From contig NW_024704742.1 in assembly GCF_018977255.1 (NCBI RefSeq), forward strand, positions 81,222,001 to 81,286,000: 64,000 nucleotides of DNA. Reading direction: 5' to 3'. The translations under genes and the position numbers were made by a program. Below are positions 26,405 through 39,784 of this stretch, piece after piece. The stretch is from Callorhinchus milii. Lineage: Eukaryota. Position 1 is the stretch's first letter. Each line of letters starts with the position of its first letter. Under the pieces are notes generated by a model, which saw only the letters and a list, made by a program, of their open reading frames with translations, did no database searches and was not told the DNA's origin.

Positions 26405-26756
26405 ATAATATTTGTTGCATTTGATATAGTGCTTTATCACATCTTCAAGACATCTCAAAGTGCTTCACAGAATATACTGTAAAGTGGATTAACTGTATGT
26501 TTTGTGGGCGAAATGTGGCATTCAATTGAGCACAGTACAAACAGCCGTGGATTGAGTAATCACATTTTTTTAAGGGATTATTACCCCTGAAAAAGCGATC
26601 CACCAATCGACTGACAACCAAGTTCCTAGTTACTGCTAGGTAAACAGAGGCATGTGGAGTAAGAAAACTTACCTAACATTTCATCCTGTCCAGGAATCGA
26701 ACCCAGGTCTCTTACTTGGCAGGCGAGTGCTCTAACCACTGAGCTACAGGACTTCC
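26405..26756 (-). mobile_element. tRNA-derived SINE, long variant
   Basis: Full head (gagctacaggacttcc on + strand) and the extra segment at 26584-26648. Confidence 0.85.
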
Positions 26757-28365
26757 ATAAGCACTGTCCTGCATGAAGTGTGGTGCAGTTTCACTTGAGC
26801 TGAGCTAAGATTTCAGCACTTTGCCATTCAGTTGTTCTGAGCAAATTATTGAAGAAGGAAGAAGTCTTGTTCCGACGCCCTTCACCCACCAGTAAACTAA
26901 CATCAGCAAATAACTCTGTATCATTCTTTCCTTGGTTCATTACTGGTTGACCCTCTGGCCTCTGGCCATCCACACTTGAGCTGCTTTAGATTCTGCACTG
27001 GAGTGTGATGGTGAGGCTCTCAGCGGCAGGTGAAGTGGAATGGTGCAGTCAGCAACCCGGTGATCAATAAGTTACAGAATTGAAAACCACTGAACCTTTA
27101 CAGACGCTTTCCCCTAACTATAGAAGCATGGCAAATGTGATAGTTGAGTGATCCTGACTGCTGTGAAAAGACCAGGTCCTCATTTTCATCCTTATGTTTT
27201 AATGTTTAAGAACTGCAGAAACAGCCTTTCAAGTTAAAAACAAATTTAAGAACTCCTCACAATTGTCATTGTGGGATGGACCACTTCACAAGTTTATTGT
27301 ATTTTCTAATGGTAAATCATTCATCCATCCTCCCCTCAACACATATGCTTCACATACACCTATTATGTATATTTGTATATATACATAAAACCATTTACAC
27401 TTGTGGAGGTGTACCATATGAAAACTAGAAAACTTGTCCTTCAGATATTTCTCTGAATGGCGTTAATTTAACATGTAATGGACAGTCTGGAGTTTGTTTG
27501 TTAAATGAGATCTCTTCTTCCTTTTCCACAAAGGTTTCTGTTGGCAGTGTGATTTGTAAATTTGTAGAGATGCAATCCTTGACTAATTGTGTTCACTAAT
27601 TCAGACAGGAAAGTGTTTTGAAGGAAGGCAGATGCTGTCTGCTGTTCAGAGTGCGAGCACCTAGCAGGACACCCATCTGGTTTCATTTCCTTTTAGCAAT
27701 TTGAAGACTACTCAGGCTTTGTGATAATTGCTTGTTTATAACAAAATTAAGCAACACCAGGGGAACTGTATCTTCTGACAACAACTAACAAACAACAACA
27801 AATGACATTTGGAGGACATCCCAAGGCACTAGCACAACAACTCTGTTATTGACCACTTGAACCGGATGTAAAAGTTTAAGTTTCATGTGAAGACATTTAG
27901 TTCACAGTCTATGCTGACTCTCAGTACAGGTCTGGGCATGGCAGAGGTGCTGCCCTTAACAACCCTTTGGCACTATTCGAGAAGAGAAGGGAGTTTCTCT
28001 CGGTGGCTGGCCAATATTCCTTCTCTTCATGACCTTTTGTGGGGCAATGCTGTGTACCAAATTGGCTGTCACATTCATCTACAGATACACATTTACTTCA
28101 CTGCACCACAAATAACTGCAAAGTGATTTGAGATGACGTAATATAATAGGTGCTTTTTTAGATGCAAACATTATTTTAAGTGGCTCATGTTTTTAAATAT
28201 TCAAATTTGCATCACATAATAATCATTCAGATTTTATCTCTCGAGTTCCAGCAACATGAAGTTTTTCACTGTTTTCTGACTTTAGTTCACTAGTCCATAC
28301 TCCTTTGTAACATTGAAACAGAACATGAAAACATGCAGAACAGTTGAGACCTAAGACATGCTGGT

Positions 28366-28840
28366 ATAGAATCACAGAATTATACAACACAGAAGGAGGC
28401 CATTCGGCCCATTGTGTCTGTAGTGGCTCTTTTAAAAGAGCTTTCCAATCAACCCCGCTCTTTCCCCATAGCCCTGCAAACTTGTCCTTCCCAAATAATT
28501 ATCTACTCCCTCTTAAAAGTTGTTATCAAACCGGCTTCCACCACCCTTTCAGGCAATGCATTCCAGATTTGAACAACTCGCTGCGTGAAAAAATTTCTTC
28601 TCACCTCCATTCTGTTTCTTTTAACAACTATTTAAATCAGTGTCCTCGGGTTACCGACCCACCCATCAGTGGAAATAGTTTCTCCTTGTTTACCCTATTG
28701 AATCCCCTCATAATTTTTAAAACTTCTATTAAGTCTCCTCTTAAACTTCTCTGCTCCAAGGAGAATAATCCTAGCTTCTCAAGCTTCTCCTCATACCTGA
28801 AGTCCCTCATTCCTGGTACCGTCCTGGTAAATCTCCTTCT
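28366..28840 (-). mobile_element. CR1 LINE 3' fragment
   Basis: RRFTRTVPGMRDFRYEEKLEKLGLFSLEQRSLRGDLIEVLKIMRGF...TRGH is a classic CR1 ORF2 C-terminus; atagaatcacagaat tail. Confidence 0.92.
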
Positions 28841-30508
28841 GCCCCTTTTTGTACAGGGGATTAACATTTGCAACCCTCTAGTCCTCTGGGACCACCCCAA
28901 TATCCCCAAGATAGGAGAAGTGATTCCCCAGGAAGATATTGTCAAGTTTCATAATATGGTTCAGATGAAGAAAATCTTTCGGGCCATCTGATCTCATCCT
29001 TACAGCCTTTGCCACTGCCCTCCCATCACAGCATCGAGCTGCTTATTAAATGAGTCCAGTGTCCTGGCCTCAGCACGCTTTGTGGTAACTGTTTCACTCG
29101 CTAATTACCTTTTAGGTAAAGAAAAATTTCACGGTGTCTACCCTGGCATTGCCCTTTCCAATTCTAAATCAATGTCTTCTTGTTAGTTCAGACTCCGATA
29201 ACTTGATCATAAAGAAAACTTATCAGACCTGCAAATCCAGGGATGTGAATGGAGCTGGGGTTGTTTCCCTCATTATCGTCATGCACACAGAAAGAAGTTA
29301 CATTTTGTCATTGCACCAACTTATTTGACAATAATAATACTTACATTTGTTTGGCCCCTTTCAAGTCGGGAGAACTTCTCAAAGCAGTTCACATAGGATT
29401 TGCTTAAATTGTAGTGCCTGGGTATTTTGTAGATGAACGTATCATTGAAACAGATGGAAATTGTAACCCAGATAAGCACTTGATTATTCGTAGAGGTGTG
29501 GTCACTTGTCACAGCTCTGAAAATGAAACATGTCAGATTTCACTGCTGTTGTCACTTGTAACAGCAGCAGTGAAATTTGACGTGTTTCGTTTTCAGAGCA
29601 ATATAATTGATGTTTGAACTGTTTGAGAGTTCACAGGAACATCCGTATCAGCCCTATGACAGGTAATACTTCCTATTCTCAGTCAAAAGTCACAGAGTCA
29701 AAAGCTGGTGGTTTGCTGCAACACTGGCTGGCACATGTCTGCAATCTCTTGGCTCAAAGTTTTATAAAAATGTATATATCCTTCAAACTGGATCTCTGGT
29801 ACGTATTCAAAGCAAGATCCCGGGCTGACCTATTCTCATCTCTCTCGCGCAGACAGTGAGACTGTTTGCAGTGAAGCAGTGAGGCTCGTGTTGAGGCTGT
29901 TAAATCAACGAGCCCAAGACTGCTGATAACTATGTGGTCTCTGCAACCGTCTCGCAGAAGAAGCGGTCTGTTTAATTTTCTGTGAGCAAACAGTCTTAAC
30001 GTTTTGTGTATGATGTTTGCTGATATCTGATTTGAATTGTCTTGTGGTTGTCTCGCTTTTTTCTGTTGTCTTGTTTGTTGTGTTGGCAATGTTCGTTGCT
30101 CTCTTTATCTTTGCCGCTCTCCAGTTTTTTTGTGGTGGGCTGGGTTCCACAGAGGTGTACAACCATTTAAATGGGATTGAAAAAGTATACCCAGATCAAA
30201 TTGGATGAAATTGGACTTGCCAAACGCTTTCTTCATCCAATCTTGTGATCTTGTGATTTCATGTTTTAAAGTAAATTTCCACTTTCGATTATGAACAACT
30301 TGTGTTGTGGGGAGGGGTGGTACAGAAGGATAATGATGTAACATCCTTTGTACCTTAATAGTAAAGTTTTGCAACGTTAAATGACGCCTTAAAACCTATT
30401 TCTTCAGTCATGTTATGTTGACTTCTCCCCTCCTCCCCCTTTGCTCAGATCTGCGCCTCCATTGTAAATCTCTCCATGATGTTATTAATAATTATAATCC
30501 TTGCATGT

Positions 30509-30766
30509 GGAGTCCTGCAGCTCAGTGGTTAGAGCATTCCCAAGCGAGAAACCTGGGTTCAATTCCCAGCAGGGCGAAACCTTGGGCAAGTTTCCTTACT
30601 TCTCATGCCTAATAATAATCCCTCAAGAGAGAGAGAAAAAAATAATTTGGTTACTCAATCTACGATTGTTTGTGGGACTCTGCTGTGACGTGTTTTGCCC
30701 ACTAAAATACAGTCAATTCACGTGCTTTGAGACATTGCTATGTCAAATGCAAGGATTATTATTATA
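30509..30766 (+). mobile_element. Young tRNA-derived SINE nested in an antisense SINE tail
   Basis: Head and body motifs; host tail ccttgcat (to about 30506) resumes as ttgat...ctcaaagcgcttcacag (30769 onward). Confidence 0.8.
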
Positions 30767-31356
30767 ATTTGATTCCTTGTCACACCTTCTAGATGTCTCA
30801 AAGCGCTTCACAGAATATACTGTAAAGTGAATTACTACATATTGTGGCGAAACACAGCACTTATTCTACATGAAAGATGCTATATAAAAGGAAGTTGTTG
30901 TTTTTACTTGCAATGGGGTTGGAGGGAAAAGAGGGGGAATTGAAGGGTCTATTGGGTTAAGAAAATGCTCTTGCATCTTTGTGAGCTGGATTTGAACCCA
31001 GGCCTGACTGATGAATCAGTCTTCTCTGTGCTGGTTATAAGGGTCCTGTGTAAATAGTTAATACTTGCATTTGATAACGTGCCTTATCGTGTCAAAACAT
31101 CTCAAAGCTTCTCACGCAATGAGAGTCTTTTGAAGGGTGATGGCTATTGTTGTGCAGGCAAACAGAGCAGCCAGAGTATAATTGCAGGATCCCATCAAAA
31201 AGCAAGTAGATGGTCAAGTGCTTTTTTTTCATGAAATTCACTATTTCACGAGAAATAGTCAAACCTGAAACTTCAAGCCAAACCTGAAACTAAATTATTA
31301 TCTGATTCAAAGAAGCCATGAGGATAGCCTGAGAGAGAAATGGAAAATGTCATGTC

Positions 31357-32460
31357 AACAACAACAAAATTACTTTTGTAAAGCGCCTTTCATGCCAGGA
31401 GGACGATCCAAGGCGCTGGACAGACAGAGTTACAGACCCGAGCTGGGAGTGGGGGAAGGTGGAGGGCAGGGAGTGGGGGGAGCAGGGAGCTCGAAAGCAC
31501 GGTCGAAGAAGAGCGTCTTGAAATGGATCTTGAAAGTGTCAAGGAAGGGGGCGATATGGAGGGAATATGGGGTGGAGTTCCAGAGGGTGGAGGCAGAGTG
31601 GCGGAAGGCCTGCCTGCCAATAGTGGGGCAAGCAAGGCGGAGGATGTGAAGCGGGCTGGAGCCCGCTGAGCAGAGGGAGCCAACAGGATGTTAGGGGGTT
31701 AGGAGGTTGCAGAGGTAGTGGGGAACAAGACCGTGGAGGGCTTTGAAGGTGAGGACCAGGATCTTGAACTGTATCCTCTGTGTGATGGGAAGCCAGTGGA
31801 GTTGGGCAAGGATAGGGGTAATGGGGTCACGGAGCCGAGTGCAAAAGAGGACATGGGCTGCAGAGTTCTGGATGATCTGCAGCCTGTGGAGGAAGGAATT
31901 GGGGAGGCCGACAAGCAGTGAGTTTGCATAGTCGAGCCTCAATGTACTGAAAGCATGTATGAGGGTTTCGGTGGCCTGTGGTGTGAGACAGTGGCGGAGC
32001 CAAGCAACTTTGTGGAAGTGGGGGAAGGCAGAGTGGGTCATGACGCAGATATGGGGTAGAAAGGATAGTTGAGGGTCAAACAAGACCCCAAGGTTTCAGA
32101 CTGGCTTAGTAAGGTGGAGTGTGCAACCATGGATGGTGTCAGCGCCTGAGGTGTGGAGGCGCTGATGGGAGTCAATCAGGAGAGCCTCAGTCTTGTTGAT
32201 GTTTAACTGAAGAAAGTTAGCTCTCATCCAGGACTTGATGTCTGACAGACATTCTGTCAGAACAGCAGTGGTCCTGGAGTCAAGAGTGGAGGCAGAGAGG
32301 TAGAATTGGGTGTCATCCGCATACATGTGGAAGTTGACCCCATGTCTGTGGATGATATTACCAAGAGGGAGCAACAACAACAACAAGATTACATTTGTAT
32401 AGCACATAGATATTGAAGAGGAGGGGACCAAGGACAGAGCCCTGAGGAACGCCGCACGAA
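31357..32460 (-). mobile_element. L2 LINE, 5'-truncated
   Basis: ORFs 32096-32467 ([11 protein letters not shown]) and 31691-32083 (LRLDYANSLL...LHWLPITQRIQFKIL); tail at 31357. Confidence 0.92.
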
Positions 32461-32686
32461 ATGTCATTTCAATAGGAGATGCTACTCTGTGTTTGGGGCA
32501 GTAGTACTGACGGATGCTGGTTGTTTGGTGTCTGACCTAATTGTGCTTGATCTAGTAAATAGGTGCAGTGGTACATGCTCACCGACAATAGGGCTGTCAC
32601 CACAAATATATAATAGGGCAGTGTAACATGCAGATGTACACAATAAGACTATCAATGCTATCAATATAGTTATACACATACATACA

Positions 32687-32786
32687 CAGTAAACGCCTGA
32701 TAACTTAACCCTGTGTATTTATACATATACTTAACTCGTCACTCTGGATAACTGATCACTTTTCACTAGGGTTAAGGAGTTTACTG
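32687..32786. mobile_element. Possible Tigger/pogo-type MITE remnant
   Basis: Termini cagtaaacgcc...ttaaccct and agggttaaggagtttactg are imperfect inverted repeats; flanks are CA/TG rather than TA. Confidence 0.4.
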
Positions 32787-34179
32787 TGTGTAGTAAACAA
32801 CCGGCCTACCAGCCTCCGGGTATCTGGAATTCGAACCGTGCCCGAAATCAAATTTTTTAAAAAGATTCTGCTACTTGTAGACTCCCGCCAGCCCAACTCT
32901 CCTGGTGTGCATCACCACCACTGTGAGCAGATTCTCCGTCCTTGCTAGCCTTCAAAGTGGCCAGGGATATTGTTTAAGTGAGAGTAGAAAATAGCTCATT
33001 CATTATCTTCCACTCATGGGATTCAAACAATTACAAATTTCAGTATCAGCGTTTACCGTCATTTTGCAAAAAGCCAGTAAATGCCGGTACCGGCACTGCA
33101 ATTACACTTAGCCAGAAATTCTGGCTCACTAGGTTGGATCACCCCCCACTTTAGCACTGCACTAACATCTCATCTGAATGACGGAACCTCTGAAAATGCA
33201 GCATTCCCGCCCCTCCCCACCCCACCCCAGCACTGCATTGGAGTAACATCCTAGAATATAAGAATTCAAAGCCCCATTCTGGGGTTTCAACCCAAAATCT
33301 TCTGACTCTGGAGCTGAGAGTTGGATTGTAGTTGGAAAGGAGCAGTGAAGCAGTAGTAGGTGCGAGCAGTTAAACGGAGCTGTACAGTGGGACACTTTGC
33401 CTGGTCTTGGAGTATAGTTGGGTTCCTGTTCTTCGGTGATGTGGACAGGCGAAGAATGTATTCCTGCCTCCCCTCTCATGTTAATCTGTAGGGCTGAGAT
33501 GTGTAAATTCTTAGCTGTAGAGAGACCAGTGTCTCTCAGACCTCGTAGTTGCTTTCCCGACACTGCGAAGAGGGATCTGCTTCTATCCAGACTATTGCTC
33601 AACTGGGGAATTCCACTTTCTTAGTTTCTTGTTCCAAGATTCTTTAGTTTTCCACCTGCTTCTCTTTCTGATCCTCACAATGCTGAAAGGGAAGGCAGCA
33701 GTGGGTTGGCCTGCCATTCCAGTTCATGACCCTGGGTCTCATCGCTTTCAAAACCGCTCCGGCCTGTGAGTTAATGACTACAGCGTGAAGGTCTGAAAGG
33801 AGCTGATAGTGCTGACCGGAGGAAGAGACGGCTTTACCAGATTGCACTAATTCATGGGGAGGGAAGCAATGGGGAGGGGGGCGCTTTCAACAGGATCTTT
33901 GTGCGGTGATTTCATTGATAACTTTCGTCAGGGCAGAGTCGAAAAATTGGCATCAACTTCATCCTTTCAAAGACTTCTGACAAGTTCAGTGCTGTTGGTT
34001 GATGTATATATGGGATGATAACAAGGTAGAATCAGCAGGACTCTAACAGCGTGTCATCTGAAGTAGCTGTCATGGTGGGGGAAGGGAGGGTTAAACCAGA
34101 TCAAACAGTTGCAGACTTGTTAGCTGACTCGGCTTGAGAGAGGGAATGGGACATTGGTTAATCATATTTGAAATTTTGT

Positions 34180-34435
34180 TTTGGTCAACCAAGTGTCTGA
34201 CACATGTGAAAACCCATCAACAGGCTTAAGATTATCCAAACCTAACTGAGATTTCCATGCATCCCACCTACACATGGAAATCCCAGAGATAGATTGTTGG
34301 AATAGAATGCACACTCTCTTCCTGGAGGTACACTTCCTGCTTATCTAATTCCAGAAATGTTCGGCGCAGGTTGGCAAGAATGAAGGCTTGGGGACCCCAG
34401 AGTGTGTGCTGGGGTAAGGAACCTGGGATACTCCA
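34180..34435 (-). repeat. Family A ancient repeat copy
   Basis: tctgacacatgtgaaaaccc...gcatcccacctacacatggaaatc...gatagattgttggaatagaat is the reverse complement of about 16030-16270. Confidence 0.7.
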
Positions 34436-34439
34436 CAAT

Positions 34440-34833
34440 ACAGAGGTTGAACTAGAGAAACGGGGCAGTTTCACTTGAAGAGAGAAGATTGACAGTGTTA
34501 GTCTGATAAATATGATCGAACTTGTGAGGAGTTTTGAGGGGTTGAGTAGGGATATTTCCACCGGTCGGTGAATCGGTAACTCAGGAGCATCAAGTAAAGA
34601 TCATTACCGAGAACACAAAGGGAGATTTTTTTCACAGAGTTTGTGGGGACCCGGAATGCTCTTCCAAAAATGTTAGTTAAAGACGATTCTATAATAGCTT
34701 TAAAAGTGAATCAGGCAAATATCTGTAAAGGAAAAATATGAAAACGTGGGACTGAAGAGAAAGATCTTATAGAGAACCGGCACAGGCATGATGGGCCGAA
34801 TCTGGTCCTTCTATGCTGATAGACTCTATGATT
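34440..34833 (+). mobile_element. Decayed CR1 LINE 3' fragment
   Basis: agagaagattga..., ggcatgatgggccgaat, ctctatgatt tail. Confidence 0.7.
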
Positions 34834-34982
34834 ATTCAAAATCATGATTATTACAAATAATTGTGGTTATACAGTTAAATCTGTAACACAAATATTCTAT
34901 GGAAAATAATAATAATAATTTGGTCACTCAATTCTCGGCTGTTTGTGAGACACAAAATGGACAATCAATTCACTTTATAGTA

Positions 34983-35089
34983 GAGGATGACCAAAAAGTC
35001 ATGATACTATTGTAATGTCCAATAAGGTTTAAAGAAATTAAGATTTTTTTTAGATAATAGGGTAGCTTCACAACTTTTTGGTCACCCTG
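34983..35089. mobile_element. Tc1/mariner-type MITE inserted into a SINE
   Basis: TIRs gaggatgaccaaaaagtcatga / tcacaactttttggtcaccctg; TA at 34981-2 and TG at 35090-1; host SINE cactttatag|tattccgtgaag is continuous across the insert. Confidence 0.7.
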
Positions 35090-36567
35090 TGTATTCCGTG
35101 AAGTGCTTTGAGACATCCTGATAATGTGATAAGGCGCTATATCAAATGCAAGAATAATTATGATGATGATTTTATGATTTTCCTTTCACTTTGGGACCCA
35201 TGTTTGAGTTAACTCTCGACCGAGGAATGAGTCTCCTTTCTACTCTTAACTATCCTTGTGATGTGAAAGGCACTATATGAATGTAAAATTGTATTGTAGA
35301 AAGGTGTTCCATGAAATGACTTTGAACAGCCTTATTCGGAAGTAGAAATGGACGAGGCACGAAGTAGGAGCCTGAGGGAGAGGCTCTTAAGGGGACCCGA
35401 CAATGGCACTGGAGCGATTGATCCTGACATTGGGAGCAGGAAAGCAGATAGTTGTTCCATTCCCCCCGGCACTAACAGCCCTCCCCTCAATGAGCCAAAT
35501 TCACTGTCCCTTAGAAAAACAATTAAGAAATGAACTCAGGACAGTGCTCTCTCTATGGGAAATACAAGACGTTTGGAAACGAAAAGGATATTTGAAACTG
35601 CCCAGCGGCGTTTCTTGTGACAACAATTACAGAGTCACATCTGTCTGGCAAAAATAGACACATTTCTCTTACTCCAGTTTCTCCTTGTAAAAATGTCACC
35701 AGCTCCTCATGACTGCCCTGATCCATGTTTACACCCAAGTGACACAGTTTGGTAAAAATCACTGTAAAATCAGGTCATTCGTGTTCATAAAAGGAAAAAG
35801 TGCCGCTTGGGTACGTGGCTCCTCCAGAATTTAACTGTTTATCTGATAGAGTAATTCCTAATTTGATCTAGCGTGTTATGTGGAAATAACAACAACCACT
35901 TGCATGTATAAAGTGCCCATCACACAGGTGGGTTTTGTTTGATAGCTAGGGAGAAAGGGGAGGTGACTGAAGGCACAGTTGAAGAGGGAAATCTTCAGAT
36001 GTGATCTGAAAATGGGTAGAAATGAGGCAATGTGGAAGGACTGAGGAAGGGCATGGTGACTGAAAGCACAGCTGCCGATAGTGCAGTGGAGGGGTTGCAG
36101 GACGTGCAACTCGAAGGTCTTTGTGGAAGTTACTTTGGAGTGCAGTGACTTTTGTTAGCAAAGCAAATGGGGCATCAGTCTCTGATAGCAACATCCCACA
36201 AACAGGAATGTGATAAATGACTAATTCACCTGGGTTTTCGTGAGTTGTGAATGTGGGAGGAATAGACACAGTATGAGAGATTCTCACAGTCTTCCAAATT
36301 TACTGCATGGAATATTTAGTACCAGCGGGAGATGACACACCTACCTATGTTTAACGTTCCATACGAATTGCACCCCTGCTTCCAAAACAAGTGAGAGTTC
36401 CCATTTAGGTATGTACAGGACAAATGCCCGAAAGCTAGTGAATGGGAATTCACAAAGTAGCATCTTCCACAGCTGAACTGTCTGGACTTTTCCTCTAAAC
36501 TAGTTTATAAGAGCATTCCTGTATTGTGTGGTGTACAGAGCATGATATATGTGTTTATAGCTCCTGT

Positions 36568-36640
36568 AACTGTACAGCGCCTTGGGACGTCCTCCCGACG
36601 TGAAAGGCGCTCTATAAATGGAATCTTGTTGTTGTTGTTG
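36568..36640 (+). mobile_element. Young L2 tail-only insertion with TSD ctgtaac
   Basis: Essentially identical to the tails of 701-1787 and 6431-6848; ctgtaac at 36564-36570 and 36641-36647. Confidence 0.9.
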
Positions 36641-36764
36641 CTGTAACAATCCTTAATTCCTTAAGAGAATTTTAGGTTCATAATGCTCAGGATTTCTGAA
36701 CCAGTCATAAGCTATGCTCATTGGTCTCTCCTTAGGTAGCCAGATTAAGTGCTTTTTTTNGGTC

Positions 36765-36930
36765 AGCCGGTTGTGTGGCCCAAGCAGAAACCCATGACCA
36801 TGCTTCAGAATATCCAAACCAAACTAAACTTCTATGCATCCCATCTACAATTGGAAATTCCTGTGTTTTGGGACAGAATGTGCACTCTCTCCACAGAGTG
36901 GAGCATCCTGCTTACCTAATTTCAGATCAT
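36765..36930 (-). repeat. Family A ancient repeat copy
   Basis: tatccaaaccaaact...gcatcccatctaca.ttggaaattcc...gcatcctgcttacctaattt. Confidence 0.6.
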
Positions 36931-39089
36931 AGATCTAATTCATTACTCCAGTCAACTCCTGCCAACTTCTTCAACCGTTGGAACTAATTTAGAAACATGG
37001 CATTGGAAACCGATTGTGTCAGCAGTAATGTTCCTGGAATCAAAAGAAGATGAGCCAATGTTAGCTCATTCTGACATCACACAACAGTCACATTTTAAGA
37101 GCGCATATTTTAACCTTGACTATGTATGCAAGTCTTATAAAATGTTAAAGCAGAAAAACAGGCTCCTCAGGCCCCTTGGACAGGAACTCTTCTCCTGTAT
37201 CCTCATTTGTTATGCTGTGCTTTTAAAATCAGAGTGCTGCTAATCTGCACTTTTATAGCATCTTTCACTTGGTAATCAACAACCTGGAACAGGTTGCCAG
37301 GACGGGTGGTAGATGCTAGGATACAAGACATTTAAAAAGTAGCTTGATGTTATTAGGAGGTTGGTAGAGAGGGTGGTCTGGAGGGATGAGATCGGATGGG
37401 CTGAAGAGCCTTCTTTAGCCAGTCCAATCTTGTGATAATGTCACAAAGAATTTCATAGGGCAGGTTTACATTGGACACAGTTGAAATCTGATCAAAGTGG
37501 GATGTAGAGCGAGCAGGAGATGGGTGTTCAATGTATGATCAAAGAGGTAGACTTTTAGTAGCAGTTTGAAAGCAGTGAGGAAGGAAGGATGTTGTAGGAA
37601 TTTGGGGACGGAGTTCCAGATAGCAGACACAGAAGGGTTGAAAGTTTAACTGGCGTAGAAAAGGCTTGCAGAATGTCCTCCAGACAGTGGGCTGATGAGG
37701 TACAAGAGCGGCAAGATCGAAGCCATATGTCAACAATTTATGCCCATGTGTGTCAGTGTCGAATGTTCCACCAATGGTATTTTAAGGTTCCACACCCACA
37801 TCAACTGTCATTCTTATTTCTGAAGGACTCATTCCAGGTTCCAAGAGGAGTTATTATTTGCTTGCAACTGTGACGGTTGTTTTGAAAGGGACAGCCGCAG
37901 TTTCTTTGTGATTTCATGAAGAGTTTATAAGACAGTTCACAGACAAACGCAGAGGGTACACCCCACGTGCTAAAGGGTCAGCAAAATAAAACTGGCAGAC
38001 GGTCTCGCTTCCAGGTTGTCAGGCACCGTTGATATCACTTCCAGCTTCTGATACAGACTGGCTTTGTGCAGGAAGCAGAAGGTGTATCACACTTCCAGTA
38101 TATCGCTGATCTACATCCTACCTACCCGTGCTATAAAAGGATTTGCGCTGCAACCATTTGTTTTCTAACAGGGTCGGACTGTATCATTAGTAAAAGGAGA
38201 AACAAATCAATACTTCTTCAAGAGAGGAGAAAACGGGCAAATGTAAAATCTCAAACCATTCTTCAAAAAAGGACATAGAGTGTTAAATATTTCAAGTTAA
38301 AATCTCTTACAAGTTCTTGGGTTTGGAGAAAAAANTTGTGAGAGTTAAATGGTACTTACCTTTAGCAAGGATTTAGCTGTCATATGGTCTGGAGATTTGT
38401 GTATACATAGCTCATTGGAGCCCAAGCTCAGCAACAAATGTAATTCATAGTACTTGTTCCTGTCTAAGAGCTTTGCTCCCATTGCTGATTTTGTGCATGC
38501 CTGTCACTTTTTTCTTGTTCACTCAGTTAAATGGAAAGGACATTTATCTGAGCTGGCCATAAAGCCAGATATCACAAAGGAAGGACCTCTTACACTCAAT
38601 GGCATTACTCAGAGCTCCCTTGTTACGTGGCTTTGTTTGGAACTGATGGTCAGTGAATACCTGAGGGCAGAGGTTCTATGTGCAATCCTCAATTCAGTGC
38701 CTCACAAATTCCTCTCCAGTGAATACCCAAAGTGTGTGGGCAATACATTCAATATATTTAGGGTTGTGTAGCAAAAAAGACATTGTCTCATTTGACTCAT
38801 TTGACAGTTGGGCTGAGGACTTTTTCAGCTTGAGGTGTTTTGCTGTAATTAGTGAGAGTATAATGTTCAACTGCATTCGCCTACAAGTATACACAGTCAC
38901 TCTACTTCACAGTAAAATCTTGTGTAATGCTTTTGAGATTTATTGATGGAGTGATGAGACACTATATCAAATGCAAGCATTATATCATCAACACCAATAG
39001 CCATTGGTGAACAGGGTTTTCAACAACAACAACAAGATTAGATTTGTATAGCACCTTTCACATCGGGAGGACTTGCCAAATGTTGATGT

Positions 39090-39225
39090 ACATAAGAACA
39101 TAAGAATTAGGAGCAGGAGTAGGCCATTCGGCCCCTCTAGCCTGCCTCGCCATTCAATAAGATCATGGCTGATCTATTCTAACTCCACCTACCCGCCTTA
39201 TCCCCATATGCCTTAATCCCTTTAT
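39090..39225 (-). mobile_element. CR1 LINE 3' end
   Basis: acataagaacataagaattaggagcaggagtaggccattcggccc; same subfamily as 10965-11140. Confidence 0.85.
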
Positions 39226-39784
39226 CTACATATTTATGTACATATTTAAAAGTATGTACTCCTACTTTGATCCTTCTTTACAGTGTACAACTCCCCCACA
39301 TAAAATGCTAGATTGCTAATGTTTTTTTCTCTCTCTAGGGTGGGACCTGAGATCTTGGGGGTAAATTTGTGACATTTCAGAACAAATTTCTGTATCACAT
39401 GCAGAATTTCTCTCACGTTCCCCCATAATACTGAATCTGTGTTTAAATCTACACACAGTGGAGTATATTGCATGACAAATCAATAATCATAGTTACCTTT
39501 TCATTCATTCTTTGTAACGAGATTGCCTGTTGCAAAAGTGTAACATGAGCATGGATAATTTTAGCAACTGCTTGAGAATAAACAACAGACTCAGGGATTC
39601 ACTGATTGTTACACCTTTAAACTGCGCTGGAAGCTCGGTGTCCCTTGGTGATATAAAAAATCCACCTCTCTCATCTTCAGAGCAGTACCCTACTTTACAG
39701 AGTAAAAAATAAATAGGCTAACCCCATCATAAAGAGATGGTTTGGGTCCATAAACTCGAATCCTGTGTTATAAACAAGATGTCG

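Noticed and set aside
28344..28991. 215-aa plus-strand ORF
   Set aside because: Antisense frame of a CR1 fragment.
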